In this document: positions 55,166-64,000 of the stretch, piece after piece
Layout: every line of letters begins with the position of its first letter
How positions within the stretch are numbered: position 1 is the stretch's first letter
Origin: Eledone cirrhosa
Lineage: Eukaryota
Length of the DNA: 64,000 nt
Direction of reading: 5' to 3'
Assembly: GCA_964016885.1 (NCBI GenBank)
Contig: OZ024745.1
Span: 92,876,001 to 92,940,000 of the forward strand
Notes under the pieces: model-generated
Told to the model about the DNA's origin: nothing
The model's input: the letters and a program-made list of their open reading frames with translations, nothing else
Databases searched by the model: none
Made by a program: the position numbers and the translations under genes

Positions 55166-55363
55166 ACAGACCCCTCAGCTCTCCCCGTCTGACAGGGAGA
55201 TGTCCCACCCACATTGGGGTGGGTGAGAGAAGTCTTCTCTTGTGAAAATGGGTATAGCTTTCATTATGTAAAATCTCCCCATTTTACCACATTTCTACTT
55301 GTTTTGGGGCACTTTTTTTCATGGTACTTCCCCGTTTGGGGTTTTGAGGGGTTGGCAGGTCTG
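55166..55363. mobile_element. Possible hAT-like MITE (decayed)
   Basis: CAGACC.. at the left and GTTGGCAGGTCTG at the right; only the outer 6 bp pair cleanly. Confidence 0.35.
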
Positions 55364-55640
55364 AAACTAGACTACTAGATATGGTGCTACCAACTATTAG
55401 CATGTAACCGCAATTTACAGACATCAGCTTTTTCTTGTGCATGTATAAGTCTGTGTGTAATATAACATAATTTCTATGTATGCATAGCAACTTTAAACCC
55501 ATCCCTGCAGTTGTAATGCAGTCAATCTTATACAAAAATAACTAACTGCAATTGTCAGTAAGTATTGGGTATTTTACTTAACACCTGGTGACAGTGTCAT
55601 CACCATTATATGAGATAGCTGTAACTCTCAGTAGATGATC

Positions 55641-55672
<32 letters not shown>

Positions 55673-55963
55673 CACACACACACACATCATTATCATCATC
55701 ATCATTTAATATATATATATATATATATTTATTTATATATATATTAATTAAAGGTTAATTAGTCTCTAATACTTAAAAATTTCAATGAAAATTTTCAATG
55801 AAAGAAACCTCTCAGATATATAAAAATTAAATAAGAAAAAACTATAATTCTAGAGTAGAAACAAGGTAGACATAAAAAGTATTCTATCTAACTACACTTA
55901 TATATAGATATCCTTGTGTGTGTATATATATATATATAAACATAAGTAGGTAGCTGGACTGAC

Positions 55964-56471
55964 ACAAACTGATTCAGTAATCAGAAGAAAGGAGGTAGGT
56001 GTAAAAGCCAAACTTGCTATCTTCAATTCGGTATTCATGCCAACCCTTACCTATGGTCATGAATTTTGGGTAATAACCGAAAGAATATGATCACAAATAT
56101 AAGGACCGAAATGGGGTTCCTCCGTAGGATCTTTGGAGTAACATTACTTGATAGAGTGAGTAGCTTAGAGAGCAGAGAGTCACTCCAGGTAGAGTTGTTA
56201 CTTCTCCGAATCGAGAGATCACGGCTCTGATATTCTGAGCATGTGGTTAGAATGTCTCATGAAAGAATCACTGGACAAATTTTACGGGCAAAACCAACCA
56301 GCAGTAGACCCAGGGGTAGACTCTGAGCAAGGTGGTTGGACCACATAGATGAGCTTGGGGATCCAGCTGAATCAGTTGGAGTCAGTTGCTTCTGACAGGA
56401 CTCGCTGGAAGGAGTGTTTGAGGAATCTGTCCCCACGACCCTCTCAGGAATAAGTGGGCGAAGAAGAAGAC
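55964..56471 (+). mobile_element. RTE LINE 3' fragment, Rex3/Expander-like, (GAA)n tail
   Basis: KAKLAIFNSVFMPTLTYGHEFWVITER, EMGFLRRI.GVTLLDRV, LLLRIERSRL, RPRGR with stops; flanked by duplicated TAAGTAGGTAGCTGGAC(T/A)GACA. Confidence 0.85.
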
Positions 56472-57873
56472 TATATATATAAATAAACATAACTAAGTAG
56501 GTAGCTGGACAGACATATTTTCCATATTAGCATTTAGCTAAAGGAATCTAAACATTCTCGCATTTGCATGAATATTTTGTTTAGGATTTTAAGGCCTTTC
56601 GTGAAGTTTGCTATTCATATTAAGAGCAATATAGATAAATACACCTCACATCAGAGTCACAAATTTCCTACCAATTGATGTGCTTCAACTCACTCAGCTT
56701 TTGATCAATAATCCAATATTTCAGGCACTCAATTATTATTTTATTTTTATTTACTTATTTTGTAATTAATCAGAGTCAAATTTTCCTTTCATCTTTCCAG
56801 CGTTGATAAAATATACTACCAGTCAATCACTGACTGGTGTGGGGCTCAAATTAACTATACTTATCTCATAAAAAGTGGAGCCTTCTGTCTCATTCAGAAG
56901 AGGAAGGACAGCACTCATTAACTATATACATTCTCCCAGACTATAATAATATTTTTTTGAATTCCAATTTTAAATATATGTGTGTGTGTGGAAACATTTT
57001 ACAACTATCTTATCAAAATATTTGTAAAAACCTCTAAAATAGCTTTAGAGAAATATGAAGCATAAGATCTTTATAAAAGCATTTATTATCATCACCTATT
57101 TAACTTGTCAGCTTGTCTGTTAGTAGTATCTAGATGAGATATAAAATCTCAGTGAACAACTGATTATACTTGAAGCATTCTATATTGGCTTCTGCAGCAC
57201 ACATAGTAAAATTGGATTGATACAGAGAATAAATATTCTTAAAGCTTTCTACCTTCTTCACTGCTTACAGAAAACTGTGTCAGCTTGACACTAGCTTAGA
57301 AGAAAGGAATCAAATAAATTCTTGTCTAGGACAGTAATATTAACAAGCTGCAATGATTACATACTTGTATGTGGTGGTGATGGTATTCCACTGTGTATAG
57401 ATTTTGTAAAGCTAAACATTAAAAAAAAAAGCAAAAGAAGATGAGAAATTGTTTCGATAGCGACCTACAATTATTGTGAAGACAATTTCAATGCTTTCTT
57501 TTTGTCTCTGTTGTTATCTTTTCACCTGATTTTCTTTCAAATCTGTCATCTCCCAATTAAAGTCTCACTAGCTCACCTGCTACAAATAACTTTGTTTTAT
57601 TTATTTATTTACTTTTTAATGCTTAATTTGTTATTTTCCAAATGAAACAATTCTTTGCCAGAATGCATGTTTCTTTTGAAACACAGAGAAAAAAAAACCA
57701 ATATATGTCTATAGAAATTTGAAATGTTTCATAAGCACAAATTAAAGTAAAAATAAAATACATTAAATATAAATAGAGCTCAAATATTATATAACAAAAT
57801 TTTAAAGTAGAACTTGAATTTTAATTAAAAGTATAAAAAAAATATTTAATTACAATATTGTTTTTTTATATTT

Positions 57874-58060
57874 TCACTGTAAATGTGGTTGGTGTCAGGA
57901 AGGGCATCCAGCTGTAGAATCCCAGCCAAAATACAGTTCTGTCTGAGCAAAATATGGTGTGGCCAACTGGCCAGACTTGTCTCATGACATGTGCAACCTA
58001 TGCAATCATGGAAAAATATACGTTAAGCGGTGGTGATGATGATGATGATGATGATGATGT
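57874..58060 (+). mobile_element. RTE/SINE 3' tail fragment
   Basis: CACTGTAAATGTGGTTGGTGTCAGGAAGGGCATCCAGCTGTAGAA..AACCTATGCAATCATGGAA..(GAT)n. Confidence 0.8.
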
Positions 58061-58074
58061 TGTTAATTAAACTT

Positions 58075-59100
58075 TGGATTGGCAGAATCGGTAGAGAGTC
58101 AGACGCCGTGCTTTGCAGCATAGAGTTACAGCCTTTTCTGGTTTGAGTTCAAATCGCGCCGAGGTTAACTTTGCCTTTCATCCTTACAGGGTCGATAAAA
58201 TAAAGTACCAGTAATGTACTGGGATAATTGCTGGCTTTGTGCCAAAATTAGAAACAATTATTGGTTACTTTTTTCTATGTAGGCATGAAGTCTGAGATCT
58301 TATTTTAGAGTTTGAAAATGGTATATTATGATGTTAATGTATGAAATGACTGGATTCCAAATACACCAACTCCAGTACATGACTGGTACTTTATTCTACC
58401 AACCCAGAAAGGATGAAAGGCAAAGTTGACTTCGGCTATGTTTGAACTTAGAATGTGAAGAACTGAAACAAATGCTGCAAAGTATTTTGTTCCACATTCT
58501 AACAATTCTACCAATCCACCACTTTCAATAATAATTGTTTCTACTTTTGGCACAAGGCCAGCAATTACCCAGTGCATTACTGGTACTTTATTCTATCGAC
58601 CCCGGAAGGATGAAAGGCAAAGTTAACCTCCGCGGGATTTGAACTTTCAATAATAATAATAATAACAATGATAATAATGGTTTCTGATGTTGGCACAAGG
58701 CCAGCAATTCTGGGGTAAGGGACAAGTCGATTCAATTGACTCCAGTGCATTATTGGTGCTTTATTTTATTGACCCTGTAAGGATGAAAGGCAATTTAGCG
58801 GGATTTGTACTCAGAAGCAAGAAGTCCGACGCTCTACTGATTCTGCCAATCCACCATGGTTTCTGATTTAAGTACAAGGCCAACAATTTGGGGGGGGGGG
58901 GGGGGGGGTAAGGGGCAAGTTGATAAAATCAAAGCCAGTGCATTACCAGTATTTTATTTTATTGATCCCGTAAGGATGAAAGGCAATGTTAACCTCAACG
59001 GGATTTGAACTCAGTCTGTAAAGGGACATAGCTCTATGCTGCGAAGCATGTTGTCCGATGTTCTACCAATACTGCCAATCCACCACCCTAATAATAATAA
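58075..59100. mobile_element. Cluster of about five S2 SINEs (one +, four -)
   Basis: Repeated GGCACAAGGCCAGCAATT and GGATGAAAGGCAAAGTT blocks. Confidence 0.85.
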
Positions 59101-59256
59101 TTCTTTCTAACATTAATATAAAGCAAGCAGTGTAGGGAGGGGAGGGGGGGTTTGTTATATTGACCCCTGGTACCAGGGGTCAATATAATCAACTTTCCTC
59201 TGCCACCAAATTGCTGACCCTCTGCCACAATGTTAGATAGAATTATTATTTTATTT

Positions 59257-59495
59257 GTGGAGGCGTGTGGCTGAGTGGTTAGAGAATTGGATTTGCAACC
59301 ATGAGGTTGCAAGTTCGATTCCCCGACCGGGTGATGTGTTATGTCCTTGGGCAAGACACTTTATTTCACGTTGCTCCTTCTACCTGGAGTTGCGACTGAT
59401 AAATAGTATTAGCAATTGGAAAGACCAATGGAAACATTGTTTCCTCGGTCCGATTTGACGAAAGTTGATCGTTCCTTTTTTTTTTTTTTTTTTTT
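59257..59495 (+). mobile_element. tRNA-derived CORE-like SINE, tail type B
   Basis: Homologous to 16015-16234; ends in a T run. Confidence 0.85.
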
Positions 59496-60536
59496 TATTA
59501 GTGACAAAAGCTCAAAACAGTACAAAGGCAAAATACACTGGAAAACAGAAAATAGTGACAGATTTACATTGAGTTAAAAGGATGAGATTAGCAACAACAA
59601 TAGTGACAAAATAACTCCTGATAGAGTTGTAGAGGTGATGTCATGATATACAGCTTTTCTTGGGCACTTTAAACTTGGTGGATTCCATTCCTCTCCAGAT
59701 CTGGACACAGCTGAATTCTTTTTCAGAGAAGGATAGGTGGTGAAAAAGAGGAAGTGAGACAGAGAGATATATAGATGGAATTGATCCAAATACTGGACTA
59801 GTTCTTTATCTATTGGCCTTGAAAGGGTGAATTTCAGAGTGCAGAGAGTTAAAATGAACACAGCTGATTTCTTTCAGAGAAGGATAGGAAGAGAAAGAGA
59901 TATAAAGATTGAATTGATCTTAATACTGGGCTAGTACTTTATTGGCCTTGAAAAGATGAAATCTAAAGTTAACCTCAGTAGGATTTGAGTGCTGAGAGCC
60001 AGAACGAACACTGTAAAGCATTCTATCTGACATTCTGACGACTCTAATTCGCCACAGTGCAAAATAAAACTAAAAATGGATTCCAAAATGTGGAGAACAA
60101 ATGATTACAGTTAACCTGTACCGAGCCCCAAATTATCTCTGGTTTATCAAACACAAGTACCTTCTCCAAGTTCTCACCAGTAGTCTACAGCTGCAGCGTG
60201 TGGGCCCATTTAGTTACACTACTAATCTTGCCATTCTACTCCACCTTTCAAAAAAATTGACCGTGGAGAGAGTATCTCCCTCTCTTCCTTCACATTGAAG
60301 AAGTTGAGGGTTTGGCCTGAGAGTGTTCTCATACTTTTCAACTGTGTCCAGCATACAACATCCTTTGCCATATTTTCTGGCCTTAGAATTATTCATCATC
60401 ATCAACATCATCAATGTTTTTACGTTCGTTTTTCCACGCTTGCATGGGCTGAACAGAGGTGTTTATAATTTAGTATTTCATTCTAAAATATGTCCGTTTG
60501 CTTAATTCTTTCTATTGTTTTTCTTATTCCAGAAAC

Positions 60537-60696
60537 ATGCATCGGACTATTGAAAAACAGTTTAAATTTGTGTATTCGAATGGGGCATCTGAATCAACAA
60601 TGTCTGCTAATATAACCATTCCTTCAAGTCAGAAACTCGAGAGTTTAGTTGCTTGTTTGATGAAGTTGAATGGACTTCCTTGTTATGTTGAAGATA
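60537..60696 (+). CDS. C12orf4: First coding exon of a C12orf4 (FERRY3)-like gene
   Basis: Acceptor TTTTTCTTATTCCAG|AAAC-ATG, donor ATA|GTAAGT; MHRTIEKQFKFVYSNGASESTMSANITIPSSQKLESLVACLMKLNGLPCYVED resembles, from memory, the human C12orf4 N-terminus (..EREFVYKF..LHGRLMLLHSLPCFIEKD); not database-verified. Confidence 0.68.
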
Positions 60697-60984
60697 GTAA
60701 GTAAACTTTTCAGACAACTTTAAAATCAAGAATAAAAAAAAAAATGCATTTGTATTTTCTTTGTTAACCCTTTAATATTTACATTACTCTATATTTACTA
60801 TTGTATTTTCGCGGTAAAGGCTTATCAAATCTATGAGATTTTGATAGTTATTTTAATCTTGCATTGCAAATTATATGCACTTGTATGTATTGTTTTGTAC
60901 TGATAAGCAAATGAAACATAAATATCTTTTGTACAAGACATACAATCTATTTTAGTTAATATTGAGAATCTAGATGAGCTTAAA

Positions 60985-61382
60985 AGAAGAATCATCAACA
61001 TTACTTGTCCTAACTTACCATATCAACTCCATACTGTTGAAATGTTGCCTCCCTTCACCTTTTTTATAAATATTTCCATGAGAATTGTTCTGATGAGCTT
61101 TCCTCTTTGTTACTGCTTCTTCACAATTTTAAATGGAGCACCAGATTGGCAGCTAGGTCTCATCCATTTACAGTTGGAGTTCCTAAATGCAATTGCAAAT
61201 ACTATTCTGATAGTTTCTTCCCTTGTAGATTTTGCCTATGGAATTCTCTTCAGCTTCTTGCAACATCATCTCTTCTCTCCTTGAATTATGTTCTCTCTGT
61301 CTTGCTCTTCTCCCTTCTCAGTAACCCCTTGCATATTAGTGGCTTTATTGTTTTACTAAGGGTGAGCAAGAAAAAAAGAAAA
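60985..61382 (+). mobile_element. Decayed 3' end of a CR1/Jockey-group LINE
   Basis: STRLAARSHPFTVGVP..YYSDSFFP...LWNSL C-terminal motif, pyrimidine-rich UTR and A-rich tail. Confidence 0.65.
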
Positions 61383-62029
61383 GGTGATATGGTAGTTATT
61401 TTTTATATCGAGTTGAATTACATATGATTGAATATACTAATCAAGTACACAACAGAAAAAAATGCCTCCAGTTAATTTGAACTCAAAACCTTTGAGTTGA
61501 TTAATTAATATCATATCTACCTAGCTATTGGCCAATCACTGAAGCTTTCAATGTGAACTGATAATTGATGTACAGATATTTATGTGTGTGTGTGCATGAA
61601 AATATATGTATGCCCTATCTCTGGTTTTAAATGGGATAGTTTTAGAATGTCTTATAAACATATATCATTCTGTTAATAAAACTGTACCTGAATTATATAA
61701 GTTCAACTTATCATTTTCTTTTTATTAACTTTTAATGTCATGTGCTCCATGAAACCACACTAGCAAGACATTCTTAAAAAGTATAAAACAATTCTATGAA
61801 TGTATCACATTAAAAATTTAAGTCTTTACTTCAGTTTACTGCAAATTTTCACAATCTTCTCTTCACCAGTAAATACACTATAAATATTTGAATTAACAAG
61901 CTTGTTTTTAGATATTTTCTTCTAAATCTTTACAAGGATGTTAAGAGTTAAAAAAAAGAATTTTATGATTTCTAGGCTATCATTTGATATGTGTTTTACC
62001 TGCTTGTGTTTGATAAATATAATTCTGAA

Positions 62030-62395
62030 GTGTTTTTAAAGATTTGTACAAGTCTCATGAATTAAGTAGTTTAAAGCATAAATCACTGAGATAGGTCACA
62101 AATATATCACAATTTAAAGTTCTCAGATGTATTAGTACCTACCTATACCAGACTAACACAGGGATAGGTCACAAGTACATCACAGTTTAAGGTACCTATT
62201 CTTGAACCACACAGGGATAGGTCACAAACATATCACAGTTTAAGGTACCACCTATTCTTGACTAGCACAAGGATAGATTACAAATATATGTAGTTCAAGG
62301 TTGTCAGATGAACTGCTACCTATACCTGACTAGTACAGGGATAGGTCACATTTAAGGCTGTCAGATAAATCAGTACCTACCTATTCCTGACCTAT
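62030..62395. repeat. Degenerate tandem repeat (55-75 bp units)
   Basis: Recurrent GGGATAGGTCACA..TTAAGG..TACCTATTC. Confidence 0.7.
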
Positions 62396-62405
62396 GTGTA
62401 TCAAT

Positions 62406-63099
62406 TACCATATACACTCAAATATAAGCCGATCCCCCTCTCCATTTTATTTCTGAGAAATGGGCAAAAGTCCAAACCCCATTTATAAGCCCAGGCAGCT
62501 AATCAACACATTATGTTTAGATGACAGGGTTTTGAAATTCTTATGAGTATAGAATATATTTATGAAGTTTTAATATTTTAAGTGTTGTTTAAAATGTAGT
62601 TTTTGTTTCACAGCTCCATTACATTAAGTTTCAACAAGTTTCTCGAATTTTTTATTACTTCTGGCCACTCACATGCAGAGAGTATTTTGAAAGCAAGAGA
62701 TCGAATAAGAGAACTTTGTATAGGGATTTATAAAGTAGAAGAGGGAGGGCGAGACAACAAGTGAGAGAGAGGAGTGGCAGAACAAGAAAAAGAGAGAGTG
62801 TGAGCAATATAATCAGAGGTAAGAGTTGAATATTACATAAGACTGAAAGAAGTCAGAGAAAAAAAGTTCAAATTATAAAAATTTGATCAAAATATTTTCA
62901 AGGGAACACTTAACACCAGTGATGATGTAAATGTAGAAAAACAGGGTTTAATTGTAAAATAATCACTCCAGATATTTTAACACCTTATTTATGTAGAATT
63001 TGAAGTTGGTGAAAAATCATCAAAATATTGACCCCAAATATAAGCTGATCCCCCACTTAACTATGTTTTATTTAGTCACATATTCAAGCATATACAGTA
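62406..63099. mobile_element. pogo/Tigger-like non-autonomous element (decayed)
   Basis: TA-CCATATACACTCAAATATAAGCCGA ... CATATTCAAGCATATACAG-TA with an internal repeat of CAAATATAAGC(C/T)GATCCCCC. Confidence 0.6.
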
Positions 63100-63539
63100 C
63101 TTTTGAAATTTTGAAGAATTTAATGAAATAGCTAACCTTTTCTGATATTTGGAACATTACTTAACAAAAAATTCTCAATGGCGGTGCCCCAGCATTGCCT
63201 CAACCTGTTGGCTAAAGCATGTAATAAAGTAAAAATTCTTAAATAAAATAATGATGAAAGGTTTTAATATAAGTATATGAACATTTTAAAATGAGCAGTT
63301 GTGTATCATAAAACCAGGGTGGTTTCAAGTAGGTTGGTATTAAAAGGTTTCAAATATAGGTGTGATGGTGTAACAGTAAGTCTTCATTTTAATCCCAGGT
63401 TCAAATCATTTCATTAACTTTGCTGACATATTTCAAGAAGCTGGAAAATCTGCAATTTCCACTTTTACTTTTCTTCAACAACTCTTAGACCTAATTTTTA
63501 CGTAATAAATATTAGTCACAAGAACTCACTTTTAGAATA

Positions 63540-63939
63540 TTAACCCTTTTGATACCAAACTGCCTGAAACTGGCCCTGGTTCTATAATACTACACTGTAT
63601 ATCTTAAAGTACTGTATTTCCCAGCATCAAAGACGCTACTTTTTTCCTAAAATAAGTCTAAAAAATCTACCATGTGTCCTGGAGGCCGAAGGTTGTTTAT
63701 TATTCTTTTTCAAATTTTTGGTTGTCAAAATTAGGGTGCATCCTCGAGGACGAAGCGTCTTTGGCACCGGGAAATACTGTAATTATATTTTTCTCAAAAC
63801 TTCCATCATAATTTTATGTAAGAAGCTTTGTTAAGTTATGTTCCAGACACTGGCTTAATGTGAAAGTTAGTTATGTTTTGAACTTCTTTGGCAATTATAG
63901 GCAGTGTGTTTCATTAGTAGAGTTAACAAAAGAGTTAAC
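63540..63939. mobile_element. piggyBac-like MITE family 2 with nested pogo-type MITE (63610-63781)
   Basis: TTAACCCTTTTGATACC ... AACAAAAGAGTTAA; inner TA-CTGTATTTCCCAG ... CCGGGAAATACTG-TA. Confidence 0.75.
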
Positions 63940-64000
63940 ATTATACAGAAAGAAGTGGTTGTCAAAAACTAAAACTGACTTGTCTTAATGACACCTAACT

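Overview
Eukaryotic, very AT-rich, repeat-dominated animal DNA. The SINE/RTE repertoire and the huge (TA)n content suggest an octopus or other cephalopod mollusc (inference, not verified). Left part (about 1.8-26.4 kb): a compound, strand-polarised (TA)n-ACC satellite into which at least nine 5'-truncated LINEs (seven RTEs with (GAT)n tails, one RTE with a (TAGA)n tail, one CR1) and two SINEs have inserted. The (GAT)n-tailed RTEs carry a complete C4HC3 PHD-type zinc finger inside the reverse transcriptase, between the KTK motif and the FxYLG motif. Between 26 and 33 kb, small elements sitting in (TA)n tracts contain one complete type I hammerhead ribozyme and several fold-back half-hammerheads, probably Penelope-like. 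A probable divergent promoter region lies at about 34-37 kb. The + strand gene has a first coding exon at 60537-60696 resembling C12orf4/FERRY3. The intervening DNA holds a decayed Helitron with both termini, piggyBac-, pogo-, mariner- and hAT-like MITEs, SINE clusters and a 46-bp minisatellite. Most ORFs in the supplied track are translations of microsatellites or antisense shadows of LINEs. All family assignments are from motif recognition by eye.
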